From: a virus | Lineage: Duplodnaviria > Caudoviricetes | Strand: one strand, 5' to 3' | Virus record (IMG/VR): IMGVR_UViG_3300045581_000404 | Span: 1-28,370 of that record | Length of the DNA: 28,370 nt | The notes under the pieces: model-generated | The model's input: only the letters and a program-made list of their open reading frames with translations | Database searches by the model: none | Told to the model about the DNA's origin: nothing | Position numbers and translations under genes: made by a program | In this document: piece after piece, positions 16,263 through 24,537 of the stretch | Position numbering within the stretch: position 1 is the stretch's first letter | Layout: the number at the start of each line of letters is the position of its first letter

Positions 16263-16997
16263 TTAGTCCTTCGGGAACGCAACGTCCTCCACTACTGGGT
16301 TGGCAACGAGAACGGTTTTCTTTCCGCAGCCGCCGCATCCTCCGCCTTCCGCATTGCGGGTCATGTTAGGCTCACGCGTCCAAACAGGTTGAGTGTTGAG
16401 TCGATTGACATCTTCAACAAGTAGCTCAGTCAATGGGTCTTTGAACTCACGAGCTATGTAGCGCACCTCACGCGCACGCGCAAAGTTGAAGTTAAGCGTA
16501 TCCAGCCCGCGCTCGAAGTTAGGATGCGCGTTGGCGAACTCGGCGAGCGTCCGAAACGAAACGACAAGGTCAGGGTCGCCGCTCAAGTAGTCAATCTGCG
16601 ACCTGAATATTGTCGGCCATTCGTTGGCAGTCTTGAACCAGTCAATCGCCCCTTCGGCAGCACCTGTAAGGGTATTGAAGTCAGACAAGTAAATCGCCAA
16701 GTCCTCGAAAGCCCTACCGCCATACTCAGCGATCTCTTGCGCGGTGAACTCGTCAAAGGGTTTGCTAGTAGTCAGACTCACCGCACTCACGAAACGTTCC
16801 AACGGGTTGCGAACCACCACCATCACCGCGTAGTTCTCGAACTGCGGCGGCAATGCGCCTTCGCTTTTCAAGTCGGCAGCAGTTGCAAACCTTGCAAAAC
16901 CATCAAGCGGTTCTGCCCGAAGCATATCAGCGACTGAGTAATTGGCGCAACGCGGATTCTCGATGAGGATCAGCTTATGTAAGTGACTTACTTGCAT
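16263..16997 (-). CDS. Sulfotransferase family 2-like protein
   Basis: Starting at ATG 16997: MQVSHLHKLILIENPRCANYS (cf. MIISH.HKFIFIH.PK..GTS), VVVRNPLERFVSA (3'-phosphate-binding RNP..R.VS), FRSQIDYL. C-terminal GGCGGCGKK. Confidence 0.6.
   Translation of the reverse strand: MQVSHLHKLILIENPRCANYSVADMLRAEPLDGFARFATAADLKSEGALPPQFENYAVMVVVRNPLERFVSAVSLTTSKPFDEFTAQEIAEYGGRAFEDLAIYLSDFNTLTGAAEGAIDWFKTANEWPTIFRSQIDYLSGDPDLVVSFRTLAEFANAHPNFERGLDTLNFNFARAREVRYIAREFKDPLTELLVEDVNRLNTQPVWTREPNMTRNAEGGGCGGCGKKTVLVANPVVEDVAFPKD
16883..16897. repeat. TTGCAA-N3-TTGCAA motif copy (perfect, intragenic)
   Basis: TTGCAA acc TTGCAA; encodes FARFAT. Confidence 0.9.
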
Positions 16998-17036
16998 GAC
17001 CGCGACGCTGACATGATTCTCAGGAAGTTGCAAGTA

Positions 17037-17294
17037 TTACTTGACGATTGACGCCCGCTCGCGCTTGCGGCGAGTCGCTGCTATCAGGAACGCAATCGCC
17101 GAATCTGTATCCTCGATCTTGGTGATTTTCAAGGCATTGCCTACGCGCTTAAACGCAAATAGTGCCTCGGTATTCGGTTGCTGGATTGCGGCGAAGAGTT
17201 GCTCAAGGTTTAGTTTGACGCCGTCGATCTCGACTACTGAGGTGAGCGGGATGTGGACGGCGACACCCGTGGGGGTCTTGACGGTTCGGGCCAT
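17037..17294 (-). CDS. Hypothetical protein
   Basis: 85-aa ORF tightly packed after groES. Confidence 0.6.
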   Translation of the reverse strand: MARTVKTPTGVAVHIPLTSVVEIDGVKLNLEQLFAAIQQPNTEALFAFKRVGNALKITKIEDTDSAIAFLIAATRRKRERASIVK

Positions 17295-17298
17295 CCGC

Positions 17299-17565
17299 TT
17301 ACTCCGCCTCGCGCTTCGCCAACAGTTTGCTTTCTTGAATGAGGATGTAGTCGATGCCTAGCAAAACGATGTGAGTGCCAAGGTGTGAGGGGACATACAC
17401 ACTGTCGCCATCGGAAACCATTTCGCAGGTCGGGCCTACGCTGGCCACGGTTCCCCAAGTCTCAGTGGTTTGAGAGAACTCAGGAATGGCAATGCCGCCG
17501 TCGCTTTGGCTTTTGCGGTCGTCCATGCGGACGAGAACGAGGTCGTTAATAGGTGTCAGGGTCAT
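17299..17565 (-). CDS. groES: GroES/Cpn10 co-chaperonin
   Basis: MTLTPINDLVLVR...SDGGIAIP...GTVASVGP...VSDGDSV...DYILIQESKLLA matches the Cpn10 pattern; ATG at 17565 preferred. Confidence 0.88.
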   Translation of the reverse strand: MTLTPINDLVLVRMDDRKSQSDGGIAIPEFSQTTETWGTVASVGPTCEMVSDGDSVYVPSHLGTHIVLLGIDYILIQESKLLAKREAE

Positions 17566-17610
17566 AGGTGGAGAGAAGTTATCGAGCGGAAGAAATTCCG
17601 CAATCACATT

Positions 17611-17625
17611 TTGCAACTTATGCAA
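17611..17625. repeat. TTGCAA-N3-TTGCAA motif copy (1 mismatch)
   Basis: TTGCAA ctt ATGCAA over the terminase stop codon. Confidence 0.7.
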
Positions 17626-19075
17626 TTAGGAGTTTAGGAAGTGGCTTGGTAAGTTCCTCAAACGCGATTGATACGGCGTCAACTTGGTCGTCATGCGAAC
17701 TCTCTGGAAATTGCCCAAGCTCTTCGACGAACTCTTTTGTCCATAGGCCGCGAACAATAGTCACTCGTCCCGCCTCGATTAGGTTTAGCCATGGCTGCGC
17801 ACGAAGTAGTTTTCCTCCTCTAGGAGGATTGCGCTTATGCACTGCTACACTTCCTAACAGGGATGACTTGACGTCTTGGTAAATGGCTTCAAATCCACCT
17901 ACCCCCTCCACCGCAATCCGCAAAACGTTCATAGTCTCTCGATCTCGCAGCGCCTGTTCAATCATCTGGCTTCGTACCTTAGCCCACGTCCACTGCCGTT
18001 TGAAAATATCAACTATGTAAAACTGATCGCCGTCCCACCCGCAAAGTGCGCCAGCGGTAAAGTCGGCTGATTGCTTCTCGGTTACAGCCAAGTCCCATCC
18101 CCTAGTAAGCATTAAGCCATCGGGCAATAAATCCTTATCAATAAACTTTAGTTTTGACATATCTGCTTGGCCAGATGACGCAGTTCGCGGCATACCCTCG
18201 TACTGACTAGACCATTCGTAAGCGGGAAGCGATGCTTTCAAGGCCATAAGGAATGACAGCGGTCTTTCTTCAGGGAATAGCGGTTCGCCCTCTTCTCTTC
18301 CTAGAGGATCGTCACGTCCCGCAATAGCGGGCAGATTAGTCACCTCAAACACAGACTCCTCTTGGCCCTCGGCCATTAGCTGTGCGACATAGTCCTCGCT
18401 TGTTAGGTGGCCGATCAAGTCGTTTGGATGCCAGCGCGTACCAATGATGAAGACCTTTGCGTCGCGGCTCAATCGAGTTGCGCAGTCTGCAAAGTACCAG
18501 TCTACCACGCGCTTTCTCTGTAGCCTAGATTCAGCCTCTGCGCGTCCTGCGTGCGCGTCGTCAATTATTAACCAGTCTACTTTTCTACCAGTTAGCTTCG
18601 ATCCCGCTGACTTTGCAATCAGTGACGAATCGTTCATGAATCTAATCTTATCGGCTCGGTCATTTCCAAACACTGGTATGACGCTAGGAAATAATGCTTG
18701 GTAGTCAGGTCTGCTGACTATTGACTTTACCTCCCCTATGAACTCAACAAGTAGGTCACGAGAAAAACCTGTGATGGCCACGTTGATTCCGGGTTTTGAA
18801 CCTAGCAACCATGCTACTGCCCGTACCGCTAGAAGTCTGCTTTTACCGTGCTGCGGCGGCACACTAACCGACTGGTACTTTCCAGCAAAGCCAGCCATAA
18901 CATTATCAACCAAGTTGGCTAAATACTCATGTAGCTTACCTATCACGTAAGGCTGACCCTTCTGCTGTGGCCATAGCAAGTAGACAAAGCACGTAAACGA
19001 TAGCCGCGCACTCTGGCGTAGCCTTTCGTGCAATGCGCTAAACTCAGAATCAGTGTATCTGGTCATATTAGCCAC
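17618..19075 (-). CDS. terL: Terminase large subunit
   Basis: Walker A VPPQHGKS, Walker B LIIDD, IIGTRWH, RNase-H-like GWDLA...DFTA, and HDDQVDA. Confidence 0.95.
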   Translation of the reverse strand: MANMTRYTDSEFSALHERLRQSARLSFTCFVYLLWPQQKGQPYVIGKLHEYLANLVDNVMAGFAGKYQSVSVPPQHGKSRLLAVRAVAWLLGSKPGINVAITGFSRDLLVEFIGEVKSIVSRPDYQALFPSVIPVFGNDRADKIRFMNDSSLIAKSAGSKLTGRKVDWLIIDDAHAGRAEAESRLQRKRVVDWYFADCATRLSRDAKVFIIGTRWHPNDLIGHLTSEDYVAQLMAEGQEESVFEVTNLPAIAGRDDPLGREEGEPLFPEERPLSFLMALKASLPAYEWSSQYEGMPRTASSGQADMSKLKFIDKDLLPDGLMLTRGWDLAVTEKQSADFTAGALCGWDGDQFYIVDIFKRQWTWAKVRSQMIEQALRDRETMNVLRIAVEGVGGFEAIYQDVKSSLLGSVAVHKRNPPRGGKLLRAQPWLNLIEAGRVTIVRGLWTKEFVEELGQFPESSHDDQVDAVSIAFEELTKPLPKLLIA

Positions 19076-19653
19076 TAACGCTTTACCCGTCCGCCAACAT
19101 TATTGAAAAGCTCAGGCGTAGCAGCCATTGCCTTGCTTAGGGCTAAGGTAAGGGCGTTATCATCTATCGACGAGCGAATTTCTGCATCAAGCTCTACCCT
19201 AGCATGAATTGGCTGATCTGGATCGCCCTGCACCATAACTGACTCAACCCAAGTCTCTGGCACATGCTCTGCATTACGCCCCTTACACCTCAAATAAAAT
19301 CTTATCGCAGAGGTATCCCCTTCGTTAATTTTCTGCAATAGCTTACCCTCTACTAATCCACGCTGATGCTTTAACTCGTCTATGCACGCTTCATTGAACT
19401 CTGTATCAACCTTACGCCACCGCTCAATAGTCCTATTGCTTATTCCTACCTCTTTTGAGCTTATGGTGATAATACCATAGTTGGCCGCTAATCTTTCTAG
19501 GAATGCTTTCTTTTGCGCCTTCTGGCGTTGCGCAGCTAGGCCGACGTCTTCGCTAGGAATGGCAGCCTTTCCTTTACCAACTAGCGGCTTAGGCGCTACT
19601 CGCTTTCTCGCCTTTACTACTTTCTTTGCTTTTTTGGTGTGTATGTCTGGCAT
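19075..19653 (-). CDS. terS: Terminase small subunit
   Basis: Directly upstream of terL. HTH (AFLE...VGISNRTIERWRKVD.EF) and GDTSAIRFYLR.KG. Confidence 0.75.
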   Translation of the reverse strand: MPDIHTKKAKKVVKARKRVAPKPLVGKGKAAIPSEDVGLAAQRQKAQKKAFLERLAANYGIITISSKEVGISNRTIERWRKVDTEFNEACIDELKHQRGLVEGKLLQKINEGDTSAIRFYLRCKGRNAEHVPETWVESVMVQGDPDQPIHARVELDAEIRSSIDDNALTLALSKAMAATPELFNNVGGRVKR

Positions 19654-19654
19654 A

Positions 19655-20242
19655 TTATCTGGAGTTTGATTCTAAAATAATCGCTTTAGCTAACGCTTCC
19701 TCATAAGTTTCGCTAAAGCGAAGACTGGCTGCGTAGTTTGCTAAGTCACCGACACTAGCATTGTTGTCTAAGCATAAAGTTAAGTGACGCCTACCTAGGG
19801 AAAGGATTGGATCTAATTTATTCAGGTCGTCATAACCCTTTACTCGCCAAACTATCTCTGAAGCGGCTAGTACAGCCTTATCGCATGGCATGCCCTTGCT
19901 AGGCCCGATAAGCATAAGATGCTCATTCGGCATTAGCTCCAGTGGAGATTCGCCGTAGCTTGATAGTACAAGCCGTATTCCACGCGCATGGCTAACTGTC
20001 CGCAGCTCATTCAGTGAACCCTGATCCTGCTTGGCTAAGTCTCCGCCAATAAGTGAAACAGTATCGACGGTGTTAGCCGATTTTAGCAGGTCATAGGCGT
20101 TTATGGTCAAAGTTGACTTGCTGGCGGCGCACTTATGGCAGCAATTATTTGCACACTTTGCAAATTCTACCAGTAGGCATTTCTCCCCTGCTAGTAGCCC
20201 GTAAGGGTGTGCGCCTATTGAAAGTGACGATACGCTTAACAT
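19655..20242 (-). CDS. Divergent QueE/NrdG-like radical SAM-fold protein
   Basis: Collinear resemblance to QueE: G..AGEKCLLVEFAKCANNCCHKC (FVRF.GCNL.C.WC), VSLIGGD (VVITGGEP), HARGIRLVLSSYG (..G...IETNG), IGPSK (VSPK), ASEIVWRV (ADELK.V). Confidence 0.5.
   Translation of the reverse strand: MLSVSSLSIGAHPYGLLAGEKCLLVEFAKCANNCCHKCAASKSTLTINAYDLLKSANTVDTVSLIGGDLAKQDQGSLNELRTVSHARGIRLVLSSYGESPLELMPNEHLMLIGPSKGMPCDKAVLAASEIVWRVKGYDDLNKLDPILSLGRRHLTLCLDNNASVGDLANYAASLRFSETYEEALAKAIILESNSR
20149..20163. repeat. TTGCAA-N3-TTGCAA motif copy (1 mismatch)
   Basis: TTGCAC act TTGCAA; encodes FAKCAN. Confidence 0.7.
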
Positions 20243-20266
20243 GCTAGTGGCTATGCAAAATTACCT

Positions 20267-20794
20267 TTACTTATCTGGAACCCATCCTTTTCCAAAGGCG
20301 TCGGCTCCTGCTTGCTCAGGGCTTGTCTGTAGATTTGCGAGCCTGTCTACCTCTTCGCGTTCCATCCCTAGCTTTACCATAACCTCATCATGGGTGTAGC
20401 CATGGTCATTTATTAGTGACCTTACTATCTCTCCCATTAGCAGCACGGAGTGCTTACCCCTTGCGCGATTATGGCGAACAGTTGCCATCTTCAACTCGCC
20501 CTCATCCAAGGCTGGCGATAGGAAGACCACTGGCACTTTACCACCCGTCAATGCTTTAATGTCTTCATCGGTACGGCTTAGTGTCCAGCGATGGAATCCA
20601 TCAACGATGACGCCATTGGGCCTAGCAATAACTGGCTGTGTCCATCCAGAAATCAAAAGGCTCATCTTTAGAAGCATCATCTCAGGCTTAAAGACATGGT
20701 TTGGGTTGTAATCATTATGGTGTAGTTCTTTTGGGTCTACCCACTTAACCTCATAAAGTGGATGATCCTGCGGCTTAGTTTTCTTGGTATTCAT
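20267..20794 (-). CDS. IbrB/YbdM-like ParB/Srx-domain protein
   Basis: V.WV....L..NDYNPN.V...E..LL..S....GWTQP, IVDGFHR, ATVRHNRARGKH, and a C-terminal HTH (LGMEREEVDRL). Confidence 0.85.
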   Translation of the reverse strand: MNTKKTKPQDHPLYEVKWVDPKELHHNDYNPNHVFKPEMMLLKMSLLISGWTQPVIARPNGVIVDGFHRWTLSRTDEDIKALTGGKVPVVFLSPALDEGELKMATVRHNRARGKHSVLLMGEIVRSLINDHGYTHDEVMVKLGMEREEVDRLANLQTSPEQAGADAFGKGWVPDK

Positions 20795-20837
20795 ATTATT
20801 AAGAAGTGTTATTGTGTGTATCGTGCTTTATTTAGGG

Positions 20838-21989
20838 TTAGTCCTTGCCGTAGGTTGGCTGCTTCCTGCCCTTGAAGTCACCACGAGAGGCCAGCATGTA
20901 AAGGTAGGCCCAAGTTACCCCCGTCGAAGTAGCAACGGTAGTAGGAATAGGCGCGTTGTTTGACTTGCGATTATGGTTTCCTATCTCACGTGCAATGCGT
21001 CGCTTTACTTGCTCCCTAACGTCAGGCTTCCAGCGTAGCAGTGCATGATCTATCTGCTCCTCAGGGTCAAGTTTAGGATTAAAGCCAGTATCGCCGAATG
21101 AGTACAATGCCGTGCGTGAATAGCGCATTGCTGTAGCAACGCCGTCAACTCGCTGAAGCATTTTCTCGGCTAAGTCAGGATAGCAGATTTGATAAACATA
21201 AAGTCCGCCAAGCGGCTCTTCTCCAAACGGCGGACAGACTCGCTGATTATGCCTACTAATGCCAGCGCGTTCCTGATGGTCATAAGACTCATTATGATCC
21301 CACTTGAAAAGGTTATGCGCTGTCCACACATCCTCGGTGGTGAAGTCATAGATAGGCTTAACCATGTAAACACGTGAGCACTTAGGATCTACGCTAACGT
21401 AGTTGAGAGAGTCGCTGCTTTTACGTGCAACAATCTGGTAGCGCCTTAGTGACTCAGTAGCGCGTAGTCCTACCAACATAGCAACACTTCCAGTACAGCC
21501 TATCGTAGTAGTCATCCAGTCATTAAGCTCTGGGACTGTTAGGCGATTAAAGCCACTAGTATTTTCAATAGTGTGGATAATGGCTTTGGGATACTTCTCA
21601 CTAGTTGGAATAGGTCTGCACCATAGATCCTTCTTATTTTCATCCCAGCACCACCAAAATGGCTCAGTAGTTGAGCAAGCATTCCTATGTTTAATAGGCA
21701 TGCACATCCAGTGAAGCTCGATACGGTCGCGCATAGCCTCTCGATAAACATAGTCTATGGTAGGCCATGGAATAGCTTCCTCATCCCAGAATACAACCTT
21801 TAGCGGCTTTGATTGACCTACCTGCTTATGCGCCTCTATCGCAGCATTCAGCAGAACTGTTGAGTCTTTACCGCCGGAGAACGATACAACGACGTCATCA
21901 GCCATATCCCAGACTCGCTTGAGCCTTTCAATAGCCAACTCCCATACGTTCTCGTCGGTGTATCGCTTTTTGTAAACCTTACTGCTCAT
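20838..21989 (-). CDS. IbrA/YbdN-like PAPS reductase-family (PP-loop) protein
   Basis: NV...A..R, VSFSGGKDS, FWDEEA, W.C.P...RNA, WWCWD, LVGLRATESLRR, PIYDF...DVW, RVCPPFG. Confidence 0.88.
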   Translation of the reverse strand: MSSKVYKKRYTDENVWELAIERLKRVWDMADDVVVSFSGGKDSTVLLNAAIEAHKQVGQSKPLKVVFWDEEAIPWPTIDYVYREAMRDRIELHWMCMPIKHRNACSTTEPFWWCWDENKKDLWCRPIPTSEKYPKAIIHTIENTSGFNRLTVPELNDWMTTTIGCTGSVAMLVGLRATESLRRYQIVARKSSDSLNYVSVDPKCSRVYMVKPIYDFTTEDVWTAHNLFKWDHNESYDHQERAGISRHNQRVCPPFGEEPLGGLYVYQICYPDLAEKMLQRVDGVATAMRYSRTALYSFGDTGFNPKLDPEEQIDHALLRWKPDVREQVKRRIAREIGNHNRKSNNAPIPTTVATSTGVTWAYLYMLASRGDFKGRKQPTYGKD

Positions 21990-22795
21990 GGCCGTGATGA
22001 GGAATCTGTGTAGTCAAAGTCAACCTGCATAACCTTGGCGTGGACGTGAGATCCTTGCGTATTATCAATCTTCTGCCCGCCTACTAGGGTTCGGTTAATC
22101 ATAGGGTGCGTTTCATTCTCAGGCCCGAAGTCACTGTCAGGATGATACGCGATCACATCCATGAAGTCGTCCTCCACCGTATCGAACTTATGCAAGCCAT
22201 CCTTGGGGATAATGAATAGCAGCCCCGGTATTAAGCGAAATCTACCGAATGGCGTGGTGCAATACCCTGATCCCTTAGCAACCATACCGACGCGAAGCGA
22301 CGGGTGTGTATGCTCTGTCTGATCTATCTTCGCGGGGAAGTGTAGAAAGTTAAGGCAAGCATCGCCTTTTCGCGATGGACTGATTAGCAAGGTATCGCTG
22401 CACCCGTCAATGTAGCGAAGTCGGCCAAGGTCTTCGATTGGCCCGCCAATCATGGGGATATTAACGAATCCTAGCCGCTGGATAAGCACAGCCTTTGTGC
22501 CAGTGACTAGCGCGGTCAAGGATGCTCCATTCCTAGTACAGAAGTACCTACCTGCCAGAACAGTCCTAGGGTAATACCCATCCACCGACTCATCAATAAT
22601 ACGTAAAATCCCTGACTGTACGTATCCAAACACTGCTCCTTTCTCTGGTATTACTAGGGAGTCCGATGGCCCACCATCGAATCCATAGATGTCTGTATGG
22701 TAGTCATCCTTGCGGTCTTGATGGAGTAGGCCGTGGTAAGAGTCCCACGCCATGAAGTGACGACTATTTGTGATTTGATTAACGCTCTTTTTCAT
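21986..22795 (-). CDS. Cupin-domain protein
   Basis: HTHPS.R.G.V..G.G and FIIP..G.H.F cupin motifs; ATGA-coupled to the IbrA-like gene. Confidence 0.7.
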   Translation of the reverse strand: MKKSVNQITNSRHFMAWDSYHGLLHQDRKDDYHTDIYGFDGGPSDSLVIPEKGAVFGYVQSGILRIIDESVDGYYPRTVLAGRYFCTRNGASLTALVTGTKAVLIQRLGFVNIPMIGGPIEDLGRLRYIDGCSDTLLISPSRKGDACLNFLHFPAKIDQTEHTHPSLRVGMVAKGSGYCTTPFGRFRLIPGLLFIIPKDGLHKFDTVEDDFMDVIAYHPDSDFGPENETHPMINRTLVGGQKIDNTQGSHVHAKVMQVDFDYTDSSSRP

Positions 22796-22814
22796 AGTGT
22801 AGTTTTAATAGTGG

Positions 22815-23573
22815 TTAGCTGTTAGGCTGGGTAGGCTTGTACTGATGCAGCGCCCTTAGGACGGCTGCGCTATTTGAAATTTCCCCCATACTTACGCCTT
22901 CAATAGCAGCGGCGTCATTGCGTATGGCTCGAAGAAGTCCCATAACCTCAATGTGGTCATTAGGCGAGAATGAAAGAACCAGCGGTATGTTATCGTTAGC
23001 CGACTTGTAGTTTGCCACGCTGCTTCCGTCATTGGAGTCAGCGTCATCATCCTCACCGTTGTCCTTTTGCGTAGAACTCGAAGGAAGACTTATTTTGAAC
23101 TTTGACGCCAACGACTCAGTGCTGAAGCCCGTGAGTTTTAAGTCAAAAGACGGCACGCTTCCTAGCTCGGTAAGGAATTGCTTCATGCCTTTTTTATCAT
23201 CTTGCCCAAGCAGATTGTTGGCAGCAAGCAGCCTAGCAATGTGGGTAGGCTCATCATAGTCTACCACTACCACGTCTACTTCAGTCACCCCAATACTCTG
23301 CATTACCTTGCAGCGAAGGTGGCCGCTTACAAGTTGGCCATTACGCTTATTCCAAACGACGGGATCAAAGTAGTCATGATTTAGGCTTGAAACCATAACC
23401 TCCCACTCAGGGCTATCTGGGTCTGGATGTCTGCGAACCTCGCTGTTTCTTGGATGTTCCTTCAGGCTTTCAATAGGAAGCCTCTTGACCTGCAAGGCCA
23501 TAACCTTGCCAGCAGCGTCAGGCTGCGTCTCATCAGTGTCTAGGGCGCGGTTGCGCGTTTTTTGTGTTTGCAT
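22815..23573 (-). CDS. ParB-like N-terminal domain protein
   Basis: I..LKEHPRN, PVVWNKRNGQLVSGHLR and V.VVVVD..E...L.AN of phage ParB/Srx domains; acidic linker, then a small helical C-terminal domain. Confidence 0.75.
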   Translation of the reverse strand: MQTQKTRNRALDTDETQPDAAGKVMALQVKRLPIESLKEHPRNSEVRRHPDPDSPEWEVMVSSLNHDYFDPVVWNKRNGQLVSGHLRCKVMQSIGVTEVDVVVVDYDEPTHIARLLAANNLLGQDDKKGMKQFLTELGSVPSFDLKLTGFSTESLASKFKISLPSSSTQKDNGEDDDADSNDGSSVANYKSANDNIPLVLSFSPNDHIEVMGLLRAIRNDAAAIEGVSMGEISNSAAVLRALHQYKPTQPNS

Positions 23574-23597
23574 AAATAGTACGTTGCTAGGTGGTAA

Positions 23598-23627
23598 AAA
23601 CTAATGATTGCCCTGCTGCTAGGTCAA
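23598..23627 (-). promoter_or_regulatory. Sigma70-like promoter for the ParB-cupin-IbrAB-terminase operon
   Basis: TTGACC (23627-23622)-N18-TAGTTT (23603-23598). Confidence 0.4.
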
Positions 23628-23729
23628 GGGCTTTTTAGGCGGTACACTGCTTCCACGCGCACGAGTGCGACAAAAGCGACATTATGGAATGTACAGCTAT
23701 CTGTAGCTAGTAGGTTGTCTGTTGCCATT

Positions 23730-24404
23730 CTAGGATTTTGCTTTTGAGAAATTTTCGAGTAGCGCAAATGATCTTTCGCCGTACGCAGCCAGTCGGTCGT
23801 CCGTGTCGATTTGCAGACCAAGCGCATCCGCTTCCTGCGTTGACCAGACTACCTTGGCTGATTTCAACCCATGCTTCTCGATCAAGTGGTCATGCTTGCC
23901 GCCGTAGGACGCTTGCAGGATCAAGTTGCTTGGGATGTCGTTGATTCGGGCGATCCAGAAGGGCAATGACTTGGTGAATGCCCAGAAGTGAACGTCGGGC
24001 CTTGTGCGGATGAATTGAAGCCAGCCGTCGAAATAGTTCTGAGAGAAGAAGTCACCCGCCGAATGAATCCGAACGCGTTTGGCCTTCGCTGGCAAACATT
24101 GCAACACGTTGCAAATTTCGTCGGGCGTCTTTCCTTTCACCGCCTCGAAGTTTGCCCACAGCCGCTTGCGCACGGACGGATACCGCTCGGTCATCGCTGA
24201 GTAGCATTTGAATTTCTGCGCCGCGCCATTGGTAATCTTGCCTGAGTCTCTATCCGCTTTGGCCAAGCATTGCTCGGCAGCGGGACAAGTCCACCCGCTT
24301 GGAATGTTCCAAGAGTAGGCGGCAGGGTCAAAGATGTAGCGATTGACCTTCGTGAATGCTGGTTTGAGTTCTGGGGTCACAGCGGTGATGCGAGACTCAA
24401 TCAT
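23730..24404 (-). CDS. Gene product 88 (GP88)-like protein
   Basis: W.IPSG.TCP.A..C...CY, RIHSAGDFFS..Y...W......PDV.FWAFTKS, P.NL....S.GG, typical of the phage GP88 family. Confidence 0.75.
   Translation of the reverse strand: MIESRITAVTPELKPAFTKVNRYIFDPAAYSWNIPSGWTCPAAEQCLAKADRDSGKITNGAAQKFKCYSAMTERYPSVRKRLWANFEAVKGKTPDEICNVLQCLPAKAKRVRIHSAGDFFSQNYFDGWLQFIRTRPDVHFWAFTKSLPFWIARINDIPSNLILQASYGGKHDHLIEKHGLKSAKVVWSTQEADALGLQIDTDDRLAAYGERSFALLENFSKAKS
24090..24114. repeat. TTGCAA-N3-TTGCAA motif copy (1 mismatch, plus an extra half-site)
   Basis: TGGCAA aca TTGCAA cacg TTGCAA. Confidence 0.65.
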
Positions 24405-24441
24405 TATGCTAAAACGGTGTCAAGCCAGTTCTGCGAAATAG

Positions 24442-24537
24442 TTTGTGACAAATCGCACAGTTTTTCTGTCACAAAAGAAATTGCAAGGTTTGCAATTTTG
24501 GAAAGTTGTTACTGACAGAGGTCTCTACCAGTAACAA
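24442..24537. promoter_or_regulatory. Divergent control region: two inverted repeats flanking a triple TTGCAA motif
   Basis: TTTGTGACA (24442-50) / TGTCACAAA (24467-75); TTGCAA ggt TTGCAA ttt TGGAAA (24481-504); TTGTTACTG (24506-14) / CAGTAACAA (24529-37). Confidence 0.65.

Noticed and set aside
19655-20242. Complete 7-deazaguanine DNA modification pathway
   Set aside because: Only a degenerate QueE-like gene is present; no folE, queD, queC or dpdA in the window.
20838-21989. Auxiliary metabolic cysH (sulfate assimilation) or a complete Dnd system
   Set aside because: Length, motifs and the ParB partner fit IbrA/YbdN rather than CysH; no dndA/B/D/E is recognisable.
23624-23827. 67-aa minus-strand ORF after GP88
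   Set aside because: Half overlaps GP88 out of frame and has no motif; at most a 34-aa unsupported peptide.
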